A stretch of DNA of 62,518 bases, filler included, from Globobulimina sp. (GCA_003354225.1; 22 parts of 22 records of this genome joined end to end with filler, not necessarily neighbours in it), one strand, 5' to 3'; positions 47,113 through 59,774 are shown, counted from the first letter of the whole stretch. A program made the numbers and translations. The notes: generated by a model not told the origin, from the letters alone.

Positions 47113-48292
47113 ATGCTCCTATTTACCTTCATATCCTGTCTGCACATTGCGGCTGGATCCATTCAGAAAGAAGCCACATTAAATGTCCATGTTACATCAT
47201 CAAATGGAGCATATGTTTCATATGACGCCAGACAAACAGTGGCAAATAACAATGGTTTTAATATTAATGTCCAATCACAAAGTGCTTATGATTTAAAATT
47301 ATCATTGGCTGATTCGTGGGGCTTTACTCAATCCGATAATTCGACCGTTACCTTAATAATTGAGGGTTACACTCCATTTCCTGACCTAGATACTGACTGT
47401 CTGATTGTATTCAGTGTTGATGATTGGCAGTATTTCAGTTTTTTTTTACATTTAGATTCACGTACTATTAAAAGCAGGATATATTCATCCATTTTATCGG
47501 AAAAAAATACACAAAATGTAAGTGAATGGATATCAGATAATACCGCATACACTCAAAGATGGGACAGAATATCAAATAACAATCAATGGATTGTCACTGA
47601 CCAATGGCAACAACAATCATTATGGCCCTTAAAATTTGTGATTACAAATAATCCGCTTCAGAAACAATCAATTTTTGAATTTTATCATAATACAACCAAT
47701 TCATTAGCAGTTAGATACACATTTTATTCGTCATTTATTAGTCACAAAAATATGGATTTTTATATAATGGGTGATTCCATCAACGAACGATTTGTAGTTT
47801 CTTCATTTTCAATATTATTAACCAACCAATCAACAAATGATAATTTGTATGCAGCACAAATGAATAATACAAACGCATCGTTTCCAGAAACTAATCAAAC
47901 GTATACAATGACAGATGAATTTGTATCGTCATTTCCGACAAATTATGTGCTGATTCACACCGAAATAGAGAGCACAAACATTGATTTATTATTCATTACA
48001 ATTATATCAATCTTGCTGGTAACCCTTTTTTTGTTTTGTTTGTTTGTTTGCGCAAAGAAACAACGATGGGAAATAAAAGCATTTGATGATGGCGTGTTGC
48101 ATGCAACTAATTATATGGTGAATGATCTGCCACTTTCACGAACTGTGACCAGTACAAATAATAATAATAATAAAGTCAAACAATCAGATACTTCAAATTT
48201 AAGTTTTATGTACGATTCTGGCACAAAATGTGAATTTGCAGCTGAAATGGTACAAATCAACCACGCCACATTGGATGATGCGGATGGTTCAG
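47113..48292 (+). CDS. Type I single-pass membrane protein, 3'-partial
   Basis: Signal peptide MLLFTFISCLHIAAG, beta-rich ectodomain, TM segment LLFITIISILLVTLFLFCLFVC. Confidence 0.7.
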
Positions 48293-48507
48293 NNNNNNNN
48301 NNNNNNNNNNNNNNNNNNNNNNNNNNNNNNNNNNNNTTAATTAATTAANNNNNNNNNNNNNNNNNNNNNNNNNNNNNNNNNNNNNNNNNNNNTTTTTTTA
48401 ACTGATTTTAATGACATTTGACATATTTTATCTAATCTGTAATTAATATTGTGTTTGGACGAAAAGGGGAAATAATTACATAAATAAATAGAAAACACTT
48501 GTTATAA

Positions 48508-50271
48508 TTATAATAATTGAATTTCATAAGCCACCAAACAACATATTGGAAGAAATAGTGTCCATTCCGCTATATTTATATACAAATTGTTTACATCCAA
48601 CACCACCGCGGCACCAACAATTAGCAATGCACTCGAAATTACGTTGGACAAATTTGAAAATGCAGTGGACTCTAAATACAAAAACAATGGCGACATTATG
48701 CTCGAAAATATGAAACTAAATGTTACCATCAACAGTCCGCTCAATTTAGCTGTTGTATAATTATCCAAATCTGAATAATAATTAGAATATCCGATATAAA
48801 ATAGCAGCGACGACAACGACACCAGAAAATGAAAGGCCTCCATTCGGATTCGAGTGTGGCCAAACAGCAATTTTGTAACACCGCCAATATCCACACTCAA
48901 TATACACAACGGCAACATTATGGAAATCAGCTCCGTGGCAACATATTGCATATGACAGTAATGGCTCTTCCCATCGCCCTCCGATATCGATGCCGCATCC
49001 AAATGTTTGCAATAATCGGATGTCCCAAACACCACACAAAGACATTGCAAGACGCCACACAAAACATACAATGCCGCACCGCCACACCGATACACTTTGT
49101 CTCCCTTTGCATTGCCGCGCTTCTTTGGGATAACAAACCATTCCATAAATATCACAGCCGCCGACGTTGCGATCAGAACTCCCAAACTCACACAGTACCA
49201 TCCATACGTTCCTTTCTTTAAATGCAGCGCAAAATCCCTCGGCCGCTCTGCCTGCAATGCCCGGAACGATTTGCTCTCGAAATCCACCCAGAAATTGAAA
49301 AAATTAATAAAATGCCCCACGCCATACAGCAACAACAAAGTGTTGAACAGCAATAAGCGCTGCTTCTTGTCGTCCAACTTAAATGAGAACTTTTTGAACA
49401 CCAAATAACTAAACGGGTCCTCGTGGTCCTGCTCCTCACCGTCACTGTCCTCAAAATCGTGCATATCCTCGTTGCCGCCATATATAATATGATCGCCCGC
49501 AGCGCCGCAGTTGATATTGCCTTTGGCGCCGACCTGCTTCCTCTCGGTGGCCGCGGTGTAGACTTTCTTTGGTCGCTTGTAAACAGACGGCGTGGCGATG
49601 TCTGCTCCGTACTCAGTGGGCGGCGCAGTGATAAATCTCTCGCGCATAGACGACTGGGCGCCGATCACATTGATATTGAACGAGTCCAACCGCTGCAAGT
49701 CGTAACTCATACAGATGGACAGCACCACAATGACGAACCAGGTCTGGTGCGCCGAATAAGCGCCATCGAAAGCAATCACATGCGGACCATAGGCAGCCAT
49801 GGGCGAACAGAGCAGCAGCACAGAAACGGCAATCTCGACGTATTTCTTCAGCACACCTTCGTGGTAAAAGCCCTCGCAAATATAAATAATGGCAGTGGCC
49901 GCACAGATTAACCAAAACGAGGTCTGTGCAAAAGCGATGTAAGAGGACAGATAAAAGGTGTTTTGGCCGAAATTGTAGGTCTGGAACTCCATAATGTAGA
50001 GGAAGGAGGAGAGGAAGATGAAGAGCGTGCAGCATAGGACGCGTTTATTGGGGTTTCGCAGGAAATTATCCACGAGGTCCACACACAAAATGGCAGGCAA
50101 TACGATGGAGAACAGCGTCGATGATAAGATGGTCAGGTTACAGCCGCTCGGCTTATCCCTGCCGGAACACGCATCGCTGCACATTTCCCACGTGATGGCC
50201 AAATGGAATACGAACGACAGGAAATAGATGAGGCCGATCGAGAGGTTCACGCCATCCACAAATGAGGCCAT
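48508..50271 (-). CDS. Polytopic membrane protein (587 aa; two TM bundles around a central hydrophilic loop)
   Basis: Complete ORF with about 12 hydrophobic segments; family not recognised. Confidence 0.7.
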   Translation of the reverse strand: MASFVDGVNLSIGLIYFLSFVFHLAITWEMCSDACSGRDKPSGCNLTILSSTLFSIVLPAILCVDLVDNFLRNPNKRVLCCTLFIFLSSFLYIMEFQTYNFGQNTFYLSSYIAFAQTSFWLICAATAIIYICEGFYHEGVLKKYVEIAVSVLLLCSPMAAYGPHVIAFDGAYSAHQTWFVIVVLSICMSYDLQRLDSFNINVIGAQSSMRERFITAPPTEYGADIATPSVYKRPKKVYTAATERKQVGAKGNINCGAAGDHIIYGGNEDMHDFEDSDGEEQDHEDPFSYLVFKKFSFKLDDKKQRLLLFNTLLLLYGVGHFINFFNFWVDFESKSFRALQAERPRDFALHLKKGTYGWYCVSLGVLIATSAAVIFMEWFVIPKKRGNAKGDKVYRCGGAALYVLCGVLQCLCVVFGTSDYCKHLDAASISEGDGKSHYCHMQYVATELISIMLPLCILSVDIGGVTKLLFGHTRIRMEAFHFLVSLSSLLFYIGYSNYYSDLDNYTTAKLSGLLMVTFSFIFSSIMSPLFLYLESTAFSNLSNVISSALLIVGAAVVLDVNNLYINIAEWTLFLPICCLVAYEIQLL

Positions 50272-50567
50272 TTAAATCCTTCACTTTGAATTGGAATTGG
50301 AATTAAATAAAATGTCTCAGGATTTGAACCTGAATCTCCTGGATCCGCCATCCAGGGCTCTTCTTGAGCTAAACGACACTGATAAGCTGTTTCCTTTTCT
50401 TTTTATTTCAATACCAAATGATTTCCAGCAAAAGGTTTGCGGCGTATTCACATTAAAATTTGCTCCGTATTTCAGACAACAAATAATGAGTGACATCATT
50501 AACGGTGTGATACTGTCATAAAAGGATTAAAAAAAAAACTACACAAAACTACAACTCAAGTGAAGTG

Positions 50568-51138
50568 ATGGAGGTTTTAATTGTTTCTGGCTACATACGA
50601 AAAGTTCAAAAAACAATCAAACCCAAAATAATCCCAATATCCATTATTCAAATTTGTTATAATTATTATTACAATTATTTTAAAAGAATGGTAGACACAT
50701 TCGAAATTGCGCATAACGCGATTACAATCTCAAACAATGGGAAAACTGTTACAAGCAAAGGTAGTGATAGTTATCGTTATTGCAATGCATTTGGAAGTAT
50801 AGGAATTGAGGCAGGCGGCAAAAATAAATATAAATGGAAGTTGACATGTAAGCAAAGGATGGATCACATGTTCATTGGTATTCAATCAAACAGGAATGTT
50901 GATGCTAAGTGGACGGAGATAGATTATGGATATGATGGACGTGATGGTAAGAAATGCCATTTAGGAAAAGATGAAGAATATGGAATTAAATGGGGTGCCG
51001 GTGATGTAATTGAAATGAGAGTAGATTTTGAAAAACAAGAAATGGGATATTCAGTAAATGGGAGTGATCAAGGAATTGCTTTTAGGAATATACAGTTGGA
51101 AAAAACATATTATTTGGTTGTTAAAATGGCTACATATC
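50568..51138 (+). CDS. B30.2/SPRY-domain protein with an N-terminal GYIR...IP..II..C..Y motif, 3'-partial
   Basis: ITISNNGKTVT, YKWKL, MFIGI, YGIKWGAGDVIEMRVDFEKQEMGYSVNGSDQGIAF. Confidence 0.85.
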
Positions 51139-52099
51139 NNNNNNNNNNNNNNNNNNNNNNNNNNNNNNNNNNNNNNNNNNNNTTAATTAATTAANNNNNN
51201 NNNNNNNNNNNNNNNNNNNNNNNNNNNNNNNNNNNNNNCTTTCATTTCGTTAAATATATTACGGTTATTTCAAAGGATTACGTATGGAATATCTGCATCT
51301 TCGTCGATTATGATTAAACATCAATTGTTTACAGCAAATGGCTCCGCTGCCAGACGCATATGGAATGTCTCTATTTTATTGAATATTATATCTGTTTCTA
51401 TCTTAACTGCAGTAATGTTGTCATTTACGCAGTCATTTGCCTCAATGTATACATCGCATGAAAATATTGTGGGGAAAGTAAAAAAAAGCTTACCGTTTAC
51501 ATGTTTATTCTTCGTATGTAACAAATATTTTATATTTGTGAGCTTGAATTGAAAAATTAAAGTCAAATGTTTGTTGACGTACTAGTTTTTTGACAGTTTG
51601 TTGCGGAGTTTTATCTGTGGAATGCACGGAATTGGCAGAGAATCAATGACATGGAATATATATTTAATATGTTATTATTGTTTTGGATTTCCTTTAGGAA
51701 TAATATATGGCTTCAAAGGTCTTGTAAGGTATTGTCGGAATTAAGTAACAATAAAATGCAAAAATGCTTTCAGCAAAAGATAACCTAATATTTAGAAACA
51801 GAAACAGAAAAATTATAATGTTCATATGCACCGAATTAGCTCACAATGCTCGTGTTGAATATATACGTGATGCAAATTAAAAACGCTCATGAATATTTCA
51901 AGGTAATTCGGTGCATTTATGCATAACATTATAATTTCTAAAAGCATGTACTGCACGTTTCTGTTTCTGAATATTGTATGCAAGGAAAACATAAATTATA
52001 TTATGTACAATTCGCATGTTATTAACGTGTTACATAAATATTTAATTCCGGCTCTACTGCAATTATTAACTAATTATAAGTATAAACGATCCGCGTTTT

Positions 52100-52687
52100 C
52101 GCGATATTAATGGTTTATGGTTTGGTGCATCATTTGGAATATTCATTAGTTTGGGTCTATTGATATTAATTCGAATACGAATTGATTGGCAATCTGAAAT
52201 AAATCGCTCCCAACAATTATTCAACAAAATGGATATTCGAATCCAACAATTTCGAAATAGAATGCTTGCAAAATATGGAAGATATTCCAATTATGGTTTA
52301 AATCCTCGATTAATGGATGATGATTTTCGAAATAATGACTCGCCGTCATCATCATCGGCAGGAAGAGGCAATAGATATTCCTCAGGCCATTATAATTGGA
52401 GTACCTCTGAAAATATAATACGCGAAGATGACTCATATATTTATAATATCAGTTATAAAAACACTACGCCTAAAACGAGTGATAACATCGACGAATCTGT
52501 CGGTGATGGAATTGATAATGACAAATATCTAAATATCCAAGGAATGCCTGCACGGCCAATACCTATTGATTTAGTTAACGATTTCCGTATTCCTCCATCT
52601 GCGTCGTCTATGGCCAGATCTATGCCGCAATCGGTTGGACCACCATCGCGAGATCCAAATGCTAAGCACGGCCCAATTGTCATGTAA
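52100..52687 (+). CDS. Probable terminal exon of a membrane protein (TM segment followed by a disordered tail)
   Basis: INGLWFGASFGIFISLGLLILIRIRIDWQSE... followed by an S/D/P-rich tail; the start is not identified. Confidence 0.4.
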   Translation, partial: RDINGLWFGASFGIFISLGLLILIRIRIDWQSEINRSQQLFNKMDIRIQQFRNRMLAKYGRYSNYGLNPRLMDDDFRNNDSPSSSSAGRGNRYSSGHYNWSTSENIIREDDSYIYNISYKNTTPKTSDNIDESVGDGIDNDKYLNIQGMPARPIPIDLVNDFRIPPSASSMARSMPQSVGPPSRDPNAKHGPIVM

Positions 52688-53016
52688 TCATATATCGTGT
52701 GTATAACATTTCACTTTGTTTTTTTGTTTGGTTGCTTGCTTCTTAGAATTATAGTAATTATCAAATGGTAAATTATTTTATATGTTTCCGTGTTTTTTCA
52801 AAATCGGAGATTTAAATTAATGTCACTATAAATAACTTCACTAAAAAAAAAAGATTTTGCGTCATCAAATCCAAATACAATCCCTTCCGCACTGATCTTT
52901 GACATTTTAGCAGAAGAAGATGCAACACACACACTCCAAAATTGCGCCGATTGTTACAAGAATCGCAGAAGATAGACCTCCCGGCTTAGGCACACTAATT
53001 AGACAGTGTCCCTTTA

Positions 53017-53739
53017 GTGGCTTACCAGAACGATAATTCTCCAAAATATCCAGAAATTTCTGAATCAAAATCTGTGAGAAAAACACGTATAAAATGTAAC
53101 AACGAAGCTAACGATGGTTCCACTAAATGTATTTGTGGCGCTGTCATTAATCGCACATGGAATGAGATCCAACGCCATCGGTTAATTTGCAATGAAAGCT
53201 TTGTTTGTTGCCGTAAATGCTGTGCTATTTATGGCTCACAAACAGAATATTCTTATCATCACAGTATGATTACAAAAACAGTGCAAAATGCTTATTATTG
53301 TGAGTATGATGGCTGTGCTAAATCATTTTGTTCGTTTGGTGCATTAAATCGACATAAAAGGTTAGTTCATATAAAAAAATATAAATGTCGGGATACTGGA
53401 TGTGGACAGAAATTATTTGCAACAAAATGGCATTTATTGAGACATGAGAAAATACATAAAATAGTAGGCAAATATGACAGGTTGCAATGCAAATATTGTG
53501 ATAAGGATTTTAGTGATCAATGTTCATTGCGGAAACATATCAAATTGAAACATGAATTATGTGCTAAGCAATATGTCTGTAGACGATGTAAGAAAAGATA
53601 TTGCACGAAAAATGGATTAAAGCAACATATTGAAAGTCATTTGCTGAGAGAGGATAGGAAATTATATCAATGTAATAAATGTGATGCATCGTTCATTGCT
53701 AAATCAAATCAAAAAAAACATATTAAAAAATATCATTAA
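53017..53739 (+). CDS. C2H2 zinc-finger protein (5-6 fingers)
   Basis: CEYDGCAKSF...LNRHKRLVH, CRDTGC...HEKIH, CKYC...HIKLKH, CRRC...HIESH, CNKC...HIKKYH. The start codon is uncertain. Confidence 0.9.
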   Translation: MAYQNDNSPKYPEISESKSVRKTRIKCNNEANDGSTKCICGAVINRTWNEIQRHRLICNESFVCCRKCCAIYGSQTEYSYHHSMITKTVQNAYYCEYDGCAKSFCSFGALNRHKRLVHIKKYKCRDTGCGQKLFATKWHLLRHEKIHKIVGKYDRLQCKYCDKDFSDQCSLRKHIKLKHELCAKQYVCRRCKKRYCTKNGLKQHIESHLLREDRKLYQCNKCDASFIAKSNQKKHIKKYH

Positions 53740-54084
53740 TTTCTTGTTTGAGGGTGCTTGTTTTTTTTAACTTCACTTCTATTTGGCACGTCCATAAATC
53801 GTGATTATTTTTTATTGTATACCGATTAATCTATTTTGTGAGAAAGAATTTCGTTGCAAAATGTGGCTCTCTATACCTAGGATATGGAACCACCTATTTT
53901 GTGTTTTTAACTTATTATTTAAGATAACAATACACCATTGTGCTTCTATATAAACACTGTTTTTTGCACAATATTTTGTTTATGNNNNNNNNNNNNNNNN
54001 NNNNNNNNNNNNNNNNNNNNNNNNNNNNTTAATTAATTAANNNNNNNNNNNNNNNNNNNNNNNNNNNNNNNNNNNNNNNNNNNN

Positions 54085-54562
54085 CCTCATCTTTCCTCTC
54101 ACCACTTAGATGCTAATCAAGTAAATTTTATACAAAATGGTGTGTATATATACAAAACGAACGTTCTGCACATTGTCCCCACGTTGCCCGCAATATTCGA
54201 CCATAAAAAAAATCATTTATTACATACAGAACAGAGCAACCACTCAACAACAAAAACTTCGTAAAAGAACAACAAAACACGAAAGAAAACAAAGTGATGT
54301 ACAGGCAAGTCATAAATTATTAGCAGTGTTTAATAAAGAAAGAAAGAGAAAACAAACCATTATTAAATATCATAGAAAACGCAAAATATCAAAACATTAT
54401 TCTCCCAACAAATCCAAAAGCCTATCCAGATTCAGCAGATTGGAAAGGAAATATGGAAAAAGAATTGTCAAAAAAGTGTATCGAAAGAGAAAAATGTATA
54501 ATAAACAGGCAATATGTAAAATTTGTGGACAATATAAAAAATATTGCTATCATCAAAATTAA
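54085..54562 (+). CDS. Very basic ORF ending in a CxxC...C.H knuckle; possibly a partial gene or element remnant
   Basis: K/R-rich 141-aa ORF ending AICKICGQYKKYCYHQN. Confidence 0.35.
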
Positions 54563-54802
54563 GATTCCTTTGGTTTATGTTTTGTTGATTGGTTATCTGT
54601 AAGTATTATATTTGACATGTATATTTATATCGGACTATGTCTGACGACCAATTGTTTCTGTATAACTCAATTCGTCTGTTTGCATATACGTATACAATGC
54701 GTTTGTTTGATTATCAGAAGAATATTGTCAAAACTTTGAGCAACTAAAACCTTTTTTTCTACTTTGAAACATCGATCAAATCTCACACGTGAGAGTTCTA
54801 AA

Positions 54803-56829
54803 ATGAAAAAAATAATCTCAACCTATACTGCTGATAACAATCCACTAACACCTCATCACAAACAATTGATGGTTCAGTTGACAAATAATACGTCATTTAC
54901 ATGGAAAATACCTTTGTTTAGCGGCAAAGACGTAAATCTCTTATGCTGTGGTTATACGCGGCAATATTCGACGCTAAAAATACCAACAGATATCATTCAA
55001 TTATGTCTAAATTATTTCAATGATTCATTAGACATTACACAAATAAAAGACGCCAAAAATGAAGAATCGTTCAAAAGTTGTATTTTCAGTATCAACGGCC
55101 GCTTCAAATTTGAAATGGAAATCTGTCCAAACGGTGACAGCGCATCAGATATTGGTCAATTTGTAGTCTTTTTAAATTTAGCATCTATTCCCTCACAGAT
55201 AAGTAAAATATATCTATCATACATACTGCAACTATGCGAATTAAACATTTTCAATGAAGAATCATCATTGACATATTCTCGTCAACTCTCAGCTTATCGG
55301 TCAGAAATATTACCACTGTCTGGAATACAAAATCTAGATTCTTTAACCTTAAAAATTGACATTAAACAACTTGGAATATATATTGGTAAACACATCAACA
55401 CAGTCAACCATATCTATGTTGATAATAAGTTGTATTTACCCATTGGGCGCTATGTATGGCATATAACTCAACGATCGGATTTTGAAATCATTAACAAATT
55501 ACAGATTGGTGATACTTATTGTTCTGATCTGTTTGAGATCGAATCTTTTAAATGGATGATGGAAATGTATCAGCGAAATGAGTTTGCGATTGCCATCGCT
55601 GTCCATTTGGTTGGCTGTTCACCAAATATCAGTACCATTTGTCTCAAATATAATATCGAGTTTATTGAGTTGGATATTTATCAAAACGGTTGTATGGAAA
55701 TCAAAGAGATTGGCAATGCATTCACTTTCTGGCCATCCAAATTGGCAAATTTAAACCTGCAACGTGAACAAAATCGGATCAAATGTTGCAAACACATAAC
55801 AATAAAATTACAGCTGACGATACTTGATGTTTTTGATAAGGACGGGTCGCAGATAAATAATTATAAGCAGTTGCATGATAATTGCACACTTATAACGAGA
55901 AAAAGCAGATTTGTGTGGAACGCGAAAGATAGAAACATAAAATATGCAGAAATCGGAGAGAAATTTATTAGCGAATGCTTTGAGGTCGTTGATAGTATTT
56001 GGTGTCTGAGCTTTTACCCAAAGGGTTATGACAAGAAAAATGATATTTACAATGATTATGCTGCTTTGATGCTGAATTTAATATCATTGCATCCGCTCAT
56101 ACATTGTATATCTGTTTGTTTTGAGCTAATATTCCATCAATATAACATTACTCGGAAACAGACTCGACAGCTTTACAGAAATGGTGAATGGGGCTGGCAA
56201 AAGAATGGAATCTATTTAAAGCATTTGAATGAATTCACATTTGAGTGTATCATTCATGTCATTGATGTGTATGATAAACATGGCCGACCAATCAGTGATA
56301 GCTACGAGTATTTGGATTTGGTGGAAGGGATACAATTGCCGGCAATTCGATATGTTTGGCATCTTTTTGATGCAGAATTACATTATGTAAAAACACAAGT
56401 TTTTATGAGTGATTTGTTTGTAATGTACGGATTAAAATGGTTTTTACAATTTATTCCATTTGAAACTGAAACGTCAACAACAGGTTTGTTTGTAAATGAG
56501 CTGTTTGAATATGATATTGTTTTGAATATGATTCTGTTGTACATGCAATTTGTATATGTGCTGATGTATATGTCTATATTTTTTGACTATGTTGTAATTA
56601 TTCTGATTGTAGGTTACTTTTTGTTGTGATTGATATACTGTATTTGTATACAGCTGGTGAAGATATATCGATATTGCGGGTGTCATTAGCATGCAAACCA
56701 CCAAATGTATCATCCATTACGTTAGGATTCACGTTGCAATTAAAAGAAATAGATATTAAATTTTCACATTTTATGGAATTATCTGATAATAAATTATCGA
56801 TTGATATGGAATTAAAACGTTCAGATATT
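54803..56829 (+). CDS. Tandem MATH/TRAF-domain protein (about 4 repeats), 3'-partial
   Basis: Repeats of YVWHI...SDLFEI..FKW.MEMY, FEMEICPNG and WCLSFYPKG. A probable intron at 56483-56653 joins AGEDISILRVSL. Confidence 0.75.
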
Positions 56830-56929
56830 NNNNNNNNNNNNNNNNNNNNNNNNNNNNNNNNNNNNNNNNNNNNTTAATTAATTAANNNNNNNNNNNNNNN
56901 NNNNNNNNNNNNNNNNNNNNNNNNNNNNN

Positions 56930-57048
56930 AAAGGATGAAGCACATCCGCATTGGTGTTATGTGTGTGATGGCTGCTGTCATTGTTGCACTGCATGTTGGG
57001 GTGAATCTGATGTGTTTACAAAGTTGATGGCTTATCATAACACGAAGT
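56930..57048 (+). repeat. 119-nt exact direct repeat of the contig end (59556-59674)
   Basis: AAAGGATGAAGCACATCCGCATTGG...CATAACACGAAGT appears identically at both ends of the contig. Confidence 0.95.
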
Positions 57049-57378
57049 GTGGAGGTAATGAAGACGATACTGTCAGTGCAGTAAAAGAATTTGTAATTTT
57101 GTAATATTTAAATTTTATTGATTTAGTTGTAGGAAGTTTGAAATTTGTGTGATTGGGTCTTCAAGAAAAGAAATTTTCACCTCGCGCCTTTAAAAGAAAT
57201 CTACAATGAATGAAGCTATCGCGTTTTTGTACAATGAATCTTTTATATATATACCAGAGTGAACACCAATTTCAAAACCTCTTCTGTCGTCTTCATCAGC
57301 TAATCATGTCGTCTCAACCTTGTCAAAATCGTCATCGATTCGTGCTAATACATACTCAGTCAGTCTATCACTCGTATT

Positions 57379-58016
57379 TTAGAAGCAATCACGATTTAAT
57401 ACCAAAATATCTTTATAACATTTTATTGATTTTCGTGTTTTATCAACTTTATTAATTAATTCTTCATTTTCTAATTCAGCAACATTATGAACCGAATCAG
57501 ATGCAATAATATTATCATTATCATCAGATGAATGATCATGACACGAATCTGAATCTGAATCTGATATCCCATCATTTCCAAATGTTAATTTCATAAATTC
57601 CGAGGTGTTAAATGGTCCATCATTTGATATCGATTCCAATCTACAATGAGATAATAATGGCTTTAAAATGGAAACACGGCGAAAATGATGACTATATTTT
57701 TTTAATTCATTATTATCTGTTTGTGTAAAATAATAAAATGTACCAATCATAAAATTACAGTCAGAGACAATATGAGGAACACAAATAATCGATGTATCCA
57801 TTAAATGTTCATTTAGATACTCAATCCATTGGAATTGAAAAGAAATGTTAACAGGTTTCGAATTCCCAAAATCAATCATATCGATATCGTTTGAAGTTAA
57901 TTTAATACGGTTTGCATCAATTTTTTTAATTATATTTTCGTTTAATAGTTGAGCTGTGTCAAATGTATAAAATAATCACAGCTGAATCATGCTGTCTCGT
58001 GCAATATTTGCGCATA
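57379..58016 (-). pseudogene. Frameshifted fragment resembling an inositol polyphosphate kinase C-terminus
   Basis: HDSAVIILY, a frame break, then IDMIDFGN...SDCNFMIG. This loosely follows the IPK SSLL..Y / MIDF / D.GY..G motifs. Confidence 0.3.
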
Positions 58017-58200
58017 TTCGGAGTTCGGCAATTAATTCAAAATAAAAATCTCATTTGTCAAGTCTTTTGCGCGCAATCAAATCCAAAATTAAAAGTGACT
58101 ATTCTAAGTCGTCCATTCATCGTTATTGAATCGATTAATCCGTTGATTCACACGTGCTACATTCAAAAGTGCAATCCAAAAAAAAATTATTTTACCACAG

Positions 58201-59674
58201 ATGATTTCCATTTTATCAATGTTATTATGGACAACATCATTAGCAACAAAACAACCTGGGCCGCCAGTTGTCCAAATGCTGGATGTACAATCTTCTCAAA
58301 GTTCTCGCGATCGGAGATTGGTCAATCCATCACTGGGAAGCAATCCAACAGCATCAGTCAGCAATTCGTTACAAGTATCATTATTGGATAATGAGGACTC
58401 TCCCAAAGGTGCTCAATTATCCTCACAAGAACGTGGTGCTGGGGCTGTTGATGCTGAAGCAGTGCAAGACATTGCAAAGGCAGAAGATACCGGGGATAAA
58501 ACCACTGAAGTCCAAGGTGAGGGAGCGTCGCTTGCATTGAAAGCATGCTATTATGGGTCAGGAATGTGTCTGTGGGGATTTATGTGTAATGAGAAACATG
58601 ATTGTGTGCCGTGTTGCCCAATCTGGAGGTGCTGGTACAATGATTTTGAAGCGGGTACGCTTGAGGATCATGGGTGTGGAGCGAGGGAATGTGTGTACAA
58701 AAGTTGTGTTGTTTGCCCCGAGAAAAGTTTAGGATGCTGTGGTAAGACTACGTTCTGCTGTACCAAAAAAGTGTGTCGTTTGACCTGCAAAACAGCCAAA
58801 TGTTGTTGCAGAAAGGGGTGTCCATTGCTCGGCAAAGGATGCAAATGTTGTGCCAAAAACACGTGGTGTTGTGCCAAAAAATCGTGTCGCTGTTTCTGGT
58901 GTTGTCTCAGGAAAACGTGTCGATGTGCCTGCCAAACATGCAAATGCTGTTGCCAACTCTGTGGTGAGTGCTGTGGTGAGTGCTGTGAGTGCTGTGAGGA
59001 TTGCGATGAAGGTGATGATGGCGGCGACGATGAGGGCTGCTGTGGTGAAGATGATGGAGATGATGGTGGGGATGATGAAGATGGAGGTTGTTGTTTTTGC
59101 TGTGGTGATGAAGATGATGGTGGAGATGATGGGGACGACGGAGGTTGTTGTGGTGGAGATGATGGTGATGATGGTGGGGATGATGATGGCTGCTGTGGTG
59201 ATGATGGTGGAGATGATGGTGGGGATGATGATGGTGGGGATGATGATGGTGAAGATGAAGGCTGTTGCTGTTGTGGAGAGGATGATGGTGGAGATGATGG
59301 CGGAGATGATTATGAAGATGAACCTGAAGACGAAGCTGAGCCTGGAGATGTTGAAGATGTTGAAGACGAACCTGCGGAGGAACCTGCAGGTGAAGAAGGC
59401 GAAGAAGCTGCAGAAGTGGAAGAAGGTGAAGAAGGTGAAGAAGGTGAAGAAAAGCCAAAGCCAAAACCCAAACAGAAAGCTGTGGCTCGTCCCATCGCTG
59501 GTGTTATTGCTCCTGAAAGACGCAAAATTCCGAGGGCTGTCCGCATAAGGAAGAGAAAGGATGAAGCACATCCGCATTGGTGTTATGTGTGTGATGGCTG
59601 CTGTCATTGTTGCACTGCATGTTGGGGTGAATCTGATGTGTTTACAAAGTTGATGGCTTATCATAACACGAAGT
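58201..59674 (+). CDS. Secreted Cys-rich, Asp/Gly-rich acidic protein; the ORF finishes through the terminal repeat at 57104
   Basis: Signal peptide MISILSMLLWTTSLA, a basic CC-rich block, GDDGGDDDG/CC repeats, an E-rich stretch, then HWCYVCDGCCHCC. Via the repeat it continues ...HNTKCGGNEDDTVSAVKEFVIL-stop. Confidence 0.85.
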
Positions 59675-59774
59675 NNNNNNNNNNNNNNNNNNNNNNNNNN
59701 NNNNNNNNNNNNNNNNNNTTAATTAATTAANNNNNNNNNNNNNNNNNNNNNNNNNNNNNNNNNNNNNNNNNNNN

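Noticed and set aside
59020-59310. Possible CRISPR or satellite array
   Set aside because: Degenerate coding trinucleotide repeats (Gly/Asp); no constant repeat with unique spacers and no cas genes.
58729-59664. His-rich, Met/Val-rich and Ile/Thr-rich ORFs overlapping the Cys/Asp protein
   Set aside because: These are alternative-frame and antisense shadows of GAT/GGT repeats. Only the frame from 58201 has a signal peptide and a coherent end.
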